From assembly GCA_937901745.1 (NCBI GenBank), contig CALGSZ010000130.1, positions 3,320-67,319 on the forward strand: a stretch of DNA of 64,000 nucleotides, in the 5' to 3' direction. The DNA comes from an uncultured Chloroflexota bacterium. GTDB taxonomy: Bacteria > Chloroflexota > Chloroflexia > Thermomicrobiales > UBA6265. The translations under genes were made by a program, and so were the position numbers. The notes under the pieces were generated by a model, which made no database searches, was not told the origin of the DNA, and saw nothing but the letters and a program-made list of their open reading frames with translations. This document shows positions 10,685-19,574 of the stretch, in pieces; the stretch's first letter is position 1, and every line of letters begins with the position of its first letter.

Positions 10685-10717
10685 AGCGGCGGGCGCCGTT
10701 TCAGGCCACCCGCCGCT
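10685..10717 (-). terminator. intercistronic stem-loop after the SBP gene (mRNA stabiliser or partial terminator)
   Basis: AGCGGCGGG...CCCGCCGCT 9-bp inverted repeat between SBP and ATPase genes. Confidence 0.45.
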
Positions 10718-10733
10718 CTTCCCTCCCTCCGGG

Positions 10734-11927
10734 TTAGTCGACCGCCGGTGTCCAAGAAGGCTTGAGCCGCGTCACGTAGGTCGGCTTGCCTTCCTTCACC
10801 TCGAGGATGAACGCTTCCTTATCGGGGAAGTGCCCGCTCTCCGCGTCCGACCAGTCGAGCTTGCCGCTCAGTAGGTCAAACTCCATCTCCTCGAGCGCCT
10901 TGGCCAACGCCTCGCCCTCGGTCGTCCCGGCGCGCTCGATGCCCTGGGCGATGATGTGGACCGCGTCCCAGCCCATGACATTGAACGTCACTTCAGGCAG
11001 CCGGCCGTACTCCTCCTCGAAATCGGCAATGAACTGCTCCATTTCTGGTCCAGCCTCGGGACCGATGAAGCTGTGGGTGGAGATGATGATGTCGTTGCCG
11101 AGCTCCGGCCCGAGCGCCTCGTAGAACTCGGCGGTGTCCATCGAGTCGCCGCCCATCAGCGGAACGGTCACGCCAGCCGAGCGGATATCGCGGATGATCG
11201 CCGAATAGTCAGGCATGTTCGCGGTGACGAAGACCACATCCGGCTGCGGATCGAGATTCTTGAGCCGCTGCGCCTGCGCCCGCGCCTGCATATCGCCGAG
11301 TTGATAGGTGTCCTCGCTGACGATCTCGCCGCCGAGGTGCTTCCACGTCTCGACGAAGTACTCACCGAGCGACTTGGTGTACTCCGTCCCCTGGTCGATG
11401 ATCGTCGCCGCGCGCCGCCAGCCCTTCACCTCGTAGGCGTACTGAGCAGCAGCAGCCGCCATCGTCTGATTCCACATCGAGACGGTGAACTGCTTATCAC
11501 CCAGCGCGAACGAGCCGTACAGCGGCGACGACGCGCAGAAGGAGAGCCCGACCAGCCCAGCCTCTTGCGCCGCCTGCCCCACCGGCGCGCCGTAGTCAAA
11601 GTCGCACGGGGCCAGCATGACCTCGGCGCCTTCCTGGATCAGCTCACGCGCCGCGTTCCCGACGATAGCCGGATCGGTCTTACCATCCCGCTCGATGATC
11701 TGCAGCGGTCGCCCAAGCACGCCGCCCGACTCGTTGATCTTCTTGACGGCCAGCTTCGCGCCTTCCAGCGGCGGAACGTCGTAGGCAGCCATCCAGTCCG
11801 TCAGGTGGACTGCGGCGCCGAGCTTGATCGGCTCCGGCTCCTGAGCGCCAGCGCTCCCCAGGCCTGACACCGATCCCGCGATGAGGACCAACGCGAGTAA
11901 TGCAGCTAATGGACGCCTCAGCGTCAT
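10734..11927 (-). CDS. ABC substrate-binding protein (LivJ/K family)
   Basis: Sec signal peptide, IKLGA..LT, INESGGVLGRPL; SD GGAGGAGG. Confidence 0.9.
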   Translation of the reverse strand: MTLRRPLAALLALVLIAGSVSGLGSAGAQEPEPIKLGAAVHLTDWMAAYDVPPLEGAKLAVKKINESGGVLGRPLQIIERDGKTDPAIVGNAARELIQEGAEVMLAPCDFDYGAPVGQAAQEAGLVGLSFCASSPLYGSFALGDKQFTVSMWNQTMAAAAAQYAYEVKGWRRAATIIDQGTEYTKSLGEYFVETWKHLGGEIVSEDTYQLGDMQARAQAQRLKNLDPQPDVVFVTANMPDYSAIIRDIRSAGVTVPLMGGDSMDTAEFYEALGPELGNDIIISTHSFIGPEAGPEMEQFIADFEEEYGRLPEVTFNVMGWDAVHIIAQGIERAGTTEGEALAKALEEMEFDLLSGKLDWSDAESGHFPDKEAFILEVKEGKPTYVTRLKPSWTPAVD

Positions 11928-11974
11928 CGTGCCTCCTCCCTCTTGCCTATAGTCGCCACGTCGCGAACGCCCCG

Positions 11975-12003
11975 TTTCTACGGCAGGGGGTGTTGTCTGT
12001 CAA
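11975..12003 (-). promoter_or_regulatory. sigma70-like promoter for the liv...fol run
   Basis: Minus strand TTGACA-17 nt-TAGAAA about 50 nt upstream of the SBP start. Confidence 0.5.
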
Positions 12004-12055
12004 GAAGCGCGAAAGCTGAATTCTTGCCAAAGCGATTGGCTCTGTCGGGGTTGCA

Positions 12056-12074
12056 CAAATTTTCTCGAAATTTG
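12056..12074. promoter_or_regulatory. AT-rich palindromic operator candidate
   Basis: CAAATTT-N5-AAATTTG in the divergent intergenic region of a GC-rich genome. Confidence 0.45.
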
Positions 12075-12187
12075 CCGTCAGAGCTACCGATTCGTCTCTC
12101 GCTGGCGTACCATGTGAATCGGCTTCGCCGACGAGCGTCAGGGCTTGCCGCCGGGTCAGCCCTGGTCAGTGAGAGGGAACGTAAGGG

Positions 12188-14605
12188 ATGGCCAGCACCC
12201 GCCCGAGTGCGCTCATACCAGAACCGGTCGCGATTGTGCCGGAAGACCTCGCTGCGCTGCAGGAGATCGAGCGCCGAATCCTCTGGCTCTCGACCCTGAT
12301 GATCCACCACGCCAACAATGTCCGGCCCAACCCGGACATGACCAAGGTCGGCGGCCACCAGGCATCGTCGGCCTCGGTCGTCTCGATCATCACGGCGCTC
12401 TATTTCCATTTCCTCCGCGAAGGCGATCGGGTCTCGATCAAGCCTCACGCCTCCCCGGCGTTCCACGCCGCGCAGTACCTGCTCGGCAATCTCGATCGCT
12501 CCTATCTGACGACCCTGCGCGCCTACAAGGGCCTCCAGGCGTACCCGAGCCGTACCAAGGACCCCGATCCCGTCGATTTCTCCACCGGCTCGGTCGGTCT
12601 CGGCGCCGTCGCGCCCGTCTTCGCCGCGCTCGCCCACCGCTACGCGGAGCTGCACTTCGGCGAGGTGACCTCGAACCGCTTTATCTCCCTGATCGGCGAC
12701 GCCGAGCTCGACGAGGGCAACGTCTGGGAGACGGTCGCGGAAGAAGCGGTGCGCGGCCTCTCGAACGTCATCTGGATCGTCGATCTCAACCGGCAGAGCC
12801 TCGACCGCGTCATCCCCGGCGTTCGCGCCGCCCGGCTGAAGGCGCTCTTCCGCAGCGCGGGCTGGCACGTCTTCGAGGCCAAGTACGGCACGCGCCTCTC
12901 CGCCGCGATGGAAGGCCCCGACGGCGCCTATCTCCGGCAGCGGATCGACGCGATGAGCAATGAGGAGTACCAGGTCCTCATCCGCCTGCAGGACGGCGCC
13001 GAGCTGCGCCGCCGCCTCAGCGACGTCGCGGACCCCGCCTATCGCAAGGCGATCCTTAACGCTGTCGCCGACACGCCGGATGAGGAGCTGCGCGACCTGA
13101 TCGCCAACCTCGGCGGCCACGACCTGCCCTGCCTCCTCAACGTGCTCGCCGAAGCGGACGCCGTCACCGATGCGCCAGCGGTCGTCTTCGCTTACACCAT
13201 CAAGGGGTGGGGGCTGCCCATCGCGGGCGATCCGCTCAATCACTCGCTCCTCCTGACGGCAGCGCAGATTGAAGCGCTGCGTGAGCAATTCGGCATCCCG
13301 GCCGACGATCCCTGGGCGACGTTCCCGCCGGACTCGCCAGCAGGTCGGCTCTGCAAGGCGGCCCGCGAGCGCCTCTCCGACGAGCGGCCCCGCGGTCCCG
13401 TTCTCAGCCCAAGTGCCGTTCCAGTCGATCTTGGGAGCCGGCACCCTGCCATGACCTCAACCCAGGAGGCGCTTGGCCGGGCATTGGCGCGCCTCGCGGA
13501 TTTCCCGGAGATTCGGGAGCGCCTGGTTACCGTCTCGCCCGACGTCGCGACCTCGACGCACCTCTCGGGCTGGATCAACAAGGCGGGCGTCTTCGCGCCC
13601 GAGCCCGCGCCCGTCTTCGACGCCGACGGGCAGAAGATGCTGAAGTGGCAGCCAGCCCCGGCTGGACACCACATCGAGCTCGGCATCTCGGAGATGAATC
13701 TCTTCATGGCCCTTGGCCAGCTCGGCCTTAGCCACGAGCTGACCGGCCAGCATCTCATCCCCCTCGGCACCGTCTACGATCCGTTCGTCTGCCGCGGCCT
13801 CGACGCGCTGATCTACAGCCTCTACGTCGGCGGCAAGTTCATCTTCGCTGGCACGCCCGCTGGTATCTCGCTCAGCCCTGAGGGCGGCGCTCACCAGAGC
13901 ACCGTCACGCCCTCGCTCGGCATCGAGCTTCCCGGCGTCCTCTTCTACGAGCCGGCCTTCGCGCGGGAAGTCGAATGGATTCTCTTGGACGGCATCCGGC
14001 GCTGCTGCGACCGCGAGAACGGCCTCTCGACGTACCTGCGGCTCTCGACGAAGCCGATTGACCAGACGCTCCTCGAGGAGCCGCTCCAGCGCTTCGGCGA
14101 GGAGGAGCTGCGACGCCAGGTGCTCGCCGGCGGCTACCGGATCATTGACCGGCGCGTCCACGCGCCCGAGCTTCCGATCTCCGATGCCGTTCAGATCGTG
14201 ACCGGCGGCATCATGCTCCCAGAGGCGATCGCCGCCGCCCGGCGCCTGCACGAGGAAGGTGTCGCCGCGAACGTCATCCTCGCCACCAGCGCCAACCAGC
14301 TCTACGAAGCTGTCCGGAACGCTCGCCGGGCGCAACTGGCGAATGCCTACGCCCCGCTCGACCTCGGCCACCTCGAAACGCTGATCCCGGCCGAGGAGCG
14401 GCGCGTGCCGATCGTCACCGTCCAGGACGCCGCGTCGCACTCGCTGGCGTTCCTTGGCTCCGTCTGGGGCGTGCCGACCGTGCCGCTCGGCGTGGATGAC
14501 TTCGGCCAGTCCGGCACCCGCGCCGATCTCTACCGCCACTACGGCATTGACGCGGACCAGATCGTCAACGCGGCGCTGCTCGCGCTAGAGCTAGCACAGA
14601 GCTGA
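12188..14605 (+). CDS. homodimeric ThDP-dependent 2-oxo-acid dehydrogenase E1 (AceE/MdeB-like)
   Basis: GGHQASSAS, KPHASP, STGSVGLG, GDAELDEG..N ThDP motif, YTIKG, GISEMN, EGGAHQS, FGQSG. Confidence 0.85.
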   Translation: MASTRPSALIPEPVAIVPEDLAALQEIERRILWLSTLMIHHANNVRPNPDMTKVGGHQASSASVVSIITALYFHFLREGDRVSIKPHASPAFHAAQYLLGNLDRSYLTTLRAYKGLQAYPSRTKDPDPVDFSTGSVGLGAVAPVFAALAHRYAELHFGEVTSNRFISLIGDAELDEGNVWETVAEEAVRGLSNVIWIVDLNRQSLDRVIPGVRAARLKALFRSAGWHVFEAKYGTRLSAAMEGPDGAYLRQRIDAMSNEEYQVLIRLQDGAELRRRLSDVADPAYRKAILNAVADTPDEELRDLIANLGGHDLPCLLNVLAEADAVTDAPAVVFAYTIKGWGLPIAGDPLNHSLLLTAAQIEALREQFGIPADDPWATFPPDSPAGRLCKAARERLSDERPRGPVLSPSAVPVDLGSRHPAMTSTQEALGRALARLADFPEIRERLVTVSPDVATSTHLSGWINKAGVFAPEPAPVFDADGQKMLKWQPAPAGHHIELGISEMNLFMALGQLGLSHELTGQHLIPLGTVYDPFVCRGLDALIYSLYVGGKFIFAGTPAGISLSPEGGAHQSTVTPSLGIELPGVLFYEPAFAREVEWILLDGIRRCCDRENGLSTYLRLSTKPIDQTLLEEPLQRFGEEELRRQVLAGGYRIIDRRVHAPELPISDAVQIVTGGIMLPEAIAAARRLHEEGVAANVILATSANQLYEAVRNARRAQLANAYAPLDLGHLETLIPAEERRVPIVTVQDAASHSLAFLGSVWGVPTVPLGVDDFGQSGTRADLYRHYGIDADQIVNAALLALELAQS

Positions 14606-14615
14606 GAGCGGAGCC

Positions 14616-15101
14616 ATGCTCGATCCCGCCGCCAAGAAGACCGTCCTGCGCCAGTTCACCTACGGCCTCTATGCCGTCAGCGCGCGGCACGGCGACGAGC
14701 GCGGCATCTTCACCGCCAACTGGCTCAGCCAGGTCTCGTTCGATCCGCCGTTGGTGATGGTCTCGATCGAGCGCGACAGCTTCACGCTCGGTCTCATTCG
14801 CGAAAGCGGCCGTTTCGTCGTGACCACCTTCGCGGCCGGTCAGCGTGAGCTTGCTGGCTCCCTTGGCCGCTCACACGCCCGCGTCGGCGACAAGTTCGCC
14901 GCATTCGACCTGCGCGTCGCTGAGACGGAGACCGGTGATCCAGCCCTCGCCGATGGCCTCGGTTACGTCGTCTGCCGCGTCCTCTCGGAGACGCCAGCCG
15001 GCGATTCCGTCATCGTCCTCGGCGAAGTGATCGAGGCGAAGGTCCTCAACGAGGGCGATCCTCTGACCATGCGCGACGCCGGCTTTCGCCACGCCGGCTA
15101 A
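14616..15101 (+). CDS. flavin reductase-like protein
   Basis: FTYGLYAV, SQVSFDPPLVMVSI, AGDSVIVLGEV. Confidence 0.85.
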   Translation: MLDPAAKKTVLRQFTYGLYAVSARHGDERGIFTANWLSQVSFDPPLVMVSIERDSFTLGLIRESGRFVVTTFAAGQRELAGSLGRSHARVGDKFAAFDLRVAETETGDPALADGLGYVVCRVLSETPAGDSVIVLGEVIEAKVLNEGDPLTMRDAGFRHAG

Positions 15102-15115
15102 TCGCCTAAACGCGA

Positions 15116-15155
15116 AGAAAAGGTGAGAGCCTTCGCCTTGGCTCTCACCCTTTCT
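15116..15155. terminator. bidirectional intrinsic terminator
   Basis: GAAAA-GGTGAGAGCC-N8-GGCTCTCACC-CTTTC between convergent genes. Confidence 0.7.
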
Positions 15156-15235
15156 CTGGACGATGACGCGCCCCCGACCAGGGGAACTCCCGTTTCGGGA
15201 GAGGCAGAGGGCCGGGGGCGCGTCATCAGCGCGCC

Positions 15236-15370
15236 CTAAGCAACCGCGTCGCTGGTCGAGAAGCTGGTGGACGGAGCCGCCTGCGGGGCGGTGCGCTTCA
15301 CTCCGGTGTTCGGAGCGAGAAGCCACGCGACCACCAGGACCGCGAAGGAGATAAAGGCGAGTGCAACCAT
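15236..15370 (-). CDS. small single-pass membrane peptide, 44 aa (MVALAFISFAVLVVAWLLAPNTGVKRTAPQAAPSTSFSTSDAVA)
   Basis: ATG with GGGAGGG SD about 8 nt upstream, 19-residue hydrophobic helix, 49 nt after the amtB stop; below ORF-track cutoff. Confidence 0.65.
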   Translation of the reverse strand: MVALAFISFAVLVVAWLLAPNTGVKRTAPQAAPSTSFSTSDAVA

Positions 15371-15419
15371 TTCGACAACCCTCCCTACAGACTCGGAACC
15401 TCTACCGACCAGGTCCGAA

Positions 15420-16646
15420 CTACAGCTGATACGCCAGCTCGCCGTGCTGCGTGGTGTCGAGGCCGAGCACCTCTTCCTGCTCCGGCACCCGCAGCCCGAT
15501 CAGAACATCGATGACCTTCAGGATCAGCCAACTGACCGCCGCGGCGAAGACGATCACGACCGCAACCGCGACGACCTGCTTGACCAGCTGGCTGGCGTTG
15601 CCATACAGGAGCCCATCCGCGCCGTTGTACGTGGCATCGGCGAAGATGCCGGTCGCGATCGAGCCCCAGATACCGCCGACGCCGTGCACCGCGAAGACAT
15701 CCAGCGCGTCGTCAATCTTCAGGACGCCCTTCAGCATGTCCACGGCGAGGAAGCAGAACACTCCAGCACCGAGACCGATCACGACCGCCGAAGCCGGCGA
15801 GACGAACCCAGCGGCCGGGGTGATGGCGACCAGACCGGCGACCGCGCCGGCCGCCGCGCCGAGAACGCTCGGGTGACCGTGGCGAATCCAGCTCACCGTC
15901 ATCCAGGTCAGCGCGCCCATCGCCGCCGCGACGTTCGTGACCACGAAGGCCGTCGCCGCCAGGCCGTTCGCTCCGAGAGCGCTACCCGCGTTGAACCCGA
16001 ACCAACCGAACCAGAGCAGACCAGCGCCGAGAACCGTGTAGGTCAGGTTGTGCGGCTCCATCGGCTCGTTGCCGAACCCGACGCGCCGGCCGAGAACCAT
16101 CGCCGCGACGAGAGCGGTCACGCCAGAGGTGATGTGGACCACCGTGCCGCCGGCGAAGTCGAGCGCGCCGTAGTCGCGCAGCCAGCCACCGACACCCCAG
16201 ACCCAGTGCGCGACCGGGGCGTACACGATCGTCGCCCAGGCGAGCGAGAAGATCACGAACGCCTTGAACCGCTTGCGCTCCGCGAACGCGCCGGTGATCA
16301 GCGCCGGCGTGATGACCGCGAACATGCACTGGAAGATTGCGAACGCCGCGTGCGGAATCGTCGCAGCGTAATCAGGATTCGGCTCCGCGCCGACGCCCTT
16401 GAACCCGAGGAAGTTCAGGCCGCCGATGATGCCGCCCTTGTCCGTGCCGAACGCGAGCGTGTAGCCCCAGAGCACCCACTGCACGCTGATCAGTGCCAGG
16501 ATGAACCAGCTATGCATGAGCGTGGCGAGGACGTTCTTCCGGCGAACCAGACCGCCGTAGAAGAACCCCAGCGCCGGAGTCATCAACATCACCAGCGCCG
16601 CCGACGCCAATACCCAGGCGGTGTCCCCAGAATTGATCTCCACCAC
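15420..16646 (-). CDS. amtB: ammonium transporter
   Basis: GDTAWVL, FFYGG, FQCMFA, DFAGGTVVH, WFGWFGFNAGS, DDALDVFAVHG, GLDTTQHGE. Confidence 0.97.
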   Translation of the reverse strand: MVEINSGDTAWVLASAALVMLMTPALGFFYGGLVRRKNVLATLMHSWFILALISVQWVLWGYTLAFGTDKGGIIGGLNFLGFKGVGAEPNPDYAATIPHAAFAIFQCMFAVITPALITGAFAERKRFKAFVIFSLAWATIVYAPVAHWVWGVGGWLRDYGALDFAGGTVVHITSGVTALVAAMVLGRRVGFGNEPMEPHNLTYTVLGAGLLWFGWFGFNAGSALGANGLAATAFVVTNVAAAMGALTWMTVSWIRHGHPSVLGAAAGAVAGLVAITPAAGFVSPASAVVIGLGAGVFCFLAVDMLKGVLKIDDALDVFAVHGVGGIWGSIATGIFADATYNGADGLLYGNASQLVKQVVAVAVVIVFAAAVSWLILKVIDVLIGLRVPEQEEVLGLDTTQHGELAYQL

Positions 16647-16914
16647 GACCCCAACCTCCTAGAACCAGTCCCGATTGACCGGGGACCAGTCTAGGAATCA
16701 CGGTTTCCAACGCCTACGTGCCGCCACACCGAATGCCGAAACGCGCTTGGTGCACATTGCACATGATCGATATTGACGTGCGTCACCACCTGTGAAGCGT
16801 TGGCAGCATTGTGCTGGCTGCCTAGGCCCGTGCCCGCGTCGTATACTCGCCTGGGCCAGGCAACTGGCGATTCGCTATGACCGAAATCATCGTGGTGCGC
16901 TGCGAAGGGAGCAC

Positions 16915-19482
16915 GTGACTACTCCGGAGCGACCTCACCATCGGGCGGGTTCCGGTCGGCTTCACCGCGAAGACGGGACTGACGGGCACGGCGCGCCGGC
17001 GGCGGGGATGTTCCATGCCGTCACCACGCCCCAGGCTAGCAGCGGCGCGTCCACCCACGTTCGACCGCGTCGTGCCGCTAGCGCAGCCGAGCAATTGCTG
17101 GAGCCGCCTGAATCGGCTCCCGCCGAGAAGGCGCCCCGGCGCCTGACTTTAGAGACCGGGCTCTACGCGCTCTTCATCGCCCTCGCGATCCTCACGCGGT
17201 TTTGGGATCTCGGCTCAAAGGCGCTGCACCACGACGAGAGCCTGCACGCCTACTACTCGTGGCTCTACGCGACCGGCGAAGGCTACGAGCATCACCCGCT
17301 GATGCACGGGCCGTTCCTGTTCCACGCGAACGCGTTGGTCTATCTCCTCTTCGGGGATTCGGACGCCAGCAGCCGCTACATGCCGGCCTTCTTCGGCGTC
17401 ATGCTCGTCGGCCTGCCGTACCTCCTACGCGGCCCGAAGCACCTCGGACGGTGGGGAGCGCTCGCCGCCTCGTTCCTGTTCCTGATCTCGCCGGCGATCC
17501 TCTATCAAAGCCGGTACATCCGCCACGACATCTACACCGTCGTCGGCACGCTCCTGCTCTTCATCTGCATCGTCCGCTACCTGGAGCAGCCCGAGCGAAA
17601 GTGGCTCGTCATCGGCGCCGCCTCGCTGGCGTTCCTGCTCACGAATCACGAGATCATCTTCGCCATCGCGGCCGTCTTCGCGCTCTTTCTTTATGGCGCG
17701 CTCCTCTACGGCCGCTGCCGTGAGTGGTATCGCACGCGGCCCGATCTCGTCTTTCGCCTGCTCGCCATTCACGCCGGCGCGCTCTTCCTCCTGCTGGTGC
17801 TCGTCCGCTTCTCGCCGGTCGAATACCGGGACCGCATCCTCGCCATCCCGTGGGATTCCTCCGGCGCGTCGTCTCCGCGCCCAACGCGTGAGAACCAGCT
17901 GAACTACTACAAGGATCTGGCGCGGAACCCGCTCATCTGGGCCATCATCGCCACCATCGTTGCGTTCGTCGTCGGCGTCGTCTCCGTCCTGAAGAAGATC
18001 AAGTCGGAGCGCTCGGAAGGTCCCGGCTGGGTCGAGCCGCTGCTTGGCGACGCGCCGGACGGCACCGTGGAAAGCGGCGTACGGCACGCCTGGCAAGACC
18101 GATTCGGCCTGTCGCTCGCGATCGGCGTCGCCGCCGCGATCTTCGTCACGCTCTTCACGAGCATGTTTGCCAACCTCAACGGGCTCATCTCCTCGACGAT
18201 CGCCACCGACGGGACGCTCCTCTACTGGCTCGGCCAGCACGACTACCGGCGCGGGGAGCAGCCCTGGTTCTACTTCCTGCTCCTCATGCCGCAGTACGAG
18301 TTCATCGCCGTCCTCCTCGGCAGCGCGATGACCGCCCTCATACTCTGGCGAGCCGTGCGGGCCGCGCTTGGCCGCGGCTCCGGCGGGCGGAACCTCTTCT
18401 TCCGCCTCTTCGTCGCCGTCTGGCTGATCGCGATCTTCCTCGGCCTCTCCTACGCCGGCGAGAAGATGCCCTGGCTCGTCATCCATATCTCGCTGCCCGC
18501 GACCATCCTCGCCGCGGTCGCCATCGGCAGTGTTGCCGAGCGCGGCTTCGCCACCATCCGGCGCGCCCGCGAAACCCGAGCGCTCGGCTGGCAGGAAGGT
18601 TTCCTCTTCGCCGGCCTACTCGTTGCCGCCGCCTGCTGGTTCGCCCTCGCCGCGCGGATGACGCTCGGCCAGTTCGTCCCGGATCCCGCCTCGGAGCGCG
18701 GCGGCTGGCGCCGGATGGTGACCGCCGCCGACGCCGACCGCTGGTGGCTCCTTGCGGTCCCGCCGGCCGTCGCCCTCGTGCTGATCGCGGCCATCACCCT
18801 CTGGCGCGGGGCGTTCCGCGCCGGCTTAGTGACCTTCGCCGCGCTCATCGTCGGGCTCTCTCTGATGCAAATCCATGTCGGCTGGCACCTCAGCTACCGT
18901 GAGCCGGATGTCCCGCGCGACATGATGATCTACACGCAGACCTCGCCCGACGTGACCCGGCTGATGAGCGAGATCGAGCGCCTCTCCGAGGAGATGACGG
19001 GCGGCAAGGGGCTGACGGTCGCCTTTGACGAGTTTGTCCAATGGCCGATGTGGTGGTACTTGCGGGACTACCCGAACAAGCGCTTCATCGGCTCCTCGGT
19101 CTCCGGCGCCCCGGACGACGCGCCCATCGTCATCGTCGCTGATTACCGGGCGGGCGAGGCGGACCAAGTGCTGTCCGGCTACACCGCGCAGCAGTATGTC
19201 CTGCGCTGGTGGTTCCCGGAGGAGACGTATCGCGGATTCGCGATCGCGCCGGAGCTTCCGGTCGGTCGCTCCGCGTGGAAGTCGAGCGCCGATCCTCACG
19301 GCCCCGTCGCCATACTCCGCTCGATCGCTGACACGATCGGCAACCAGCTCACGCCGGAAGGGCAGCTCCGCCTCTACCGGCTCGTGATGTACCGCGACCT
19401 CGACTGGAGGATCGGTCAGGCCAACTTCCGCGTCTACATCCGGAACGACCTGTTGCCATACTTCAACGGCATCCGATACTAG
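16915..19482 (+). CDS. GT-C membrane glycosyltransferase, TIGR03663/Agl23-like (PMT/ArnT superfamily)
   Basis: LTRFWDLG..LHHDESLH, HPLMHGPFLF, ISPAILYQSRYIRHDI, YWLGQH, GEKMPWL, WPMWWYLR; many TM helices; start uncertain (GTG 16915 has SD). Confidence 0.8.
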   Translation: MTTPERPHHRAGSGRLHREDGTDGHGAPAAGMFHAVTTPQASSGASTHVRPRRAASAAEQLLEPPESAPAEKAPRRLTLETGLYALFIALAILTRFWDLGSKALHHDESLHAYYSWLYATGEGYEHHPLMHGPFLFHANALVYLLFGDSDASSRYMPAFFGVMLVGLPYLLRGPKHLGRWGALAASFLFLISPAILYQSRYIRHDIYTVVGTLLLFICIVRYLEQPERKWLVIGAASLAFLLTNHEIIFAIAAVFALFLYGALLYGRCREWYRTRPDLVFRLLAIHAGALFLLLVLVRFSPVEYRDRILAIPWDSSGASSPRPTRENQLNYYKDLARNPLIWAIIATIVAFVVGVVSVLKKIKSERSEGPGWVEPLLGDAPDGTVESGVRHAWQDRFGLSLAIGVAAAIFVTLFTSMFANLNGLISSTIATDGTLLYWLGQHDYRRGEQPWFYFLLLMPQYEFIAVLLGSAMTALILWRAVRAALGRGSGGRNLFFRLFVAVWLIAIFLGLSYAGEKMPWLVIHISLPATILAAVAIGSVAERGFATIRRARETRALGWQEGFLFAGLLVAAACWFALAARMTLGQFVPDPASERGGWRRMVTAADADRWWLLAVPPAVALVLIAAITLWRGAFRAGLVTFAALIVGLSLMQIHVGWHLSYREPDVPRDMMIYTQTSPDVTRLMSEIERLSEEMTGGKGLTVAFDEFVQWPMWWYLRDYPNKRFIGSSVSGAPDDAPIVIVADYRAGEADQVLSGYTAQQYVLRWWFPEETYRGFAIAPELPVGRSAWKSSADPHGPVAILRSIADTIGNQLTPEGQLRLYRLVMYRDLDWRIGQANFRVYIRNDLLPYFNGIRY

Positions 19483-19574
19483 CCCGAGGGCCGGCTGACC
19501 GGCCCGCTGCCAGGGACGAGCGGCGCGGCCGACGCGATGCGCCGCCCACGCGCGATGAGGGATTGCGAACGACG

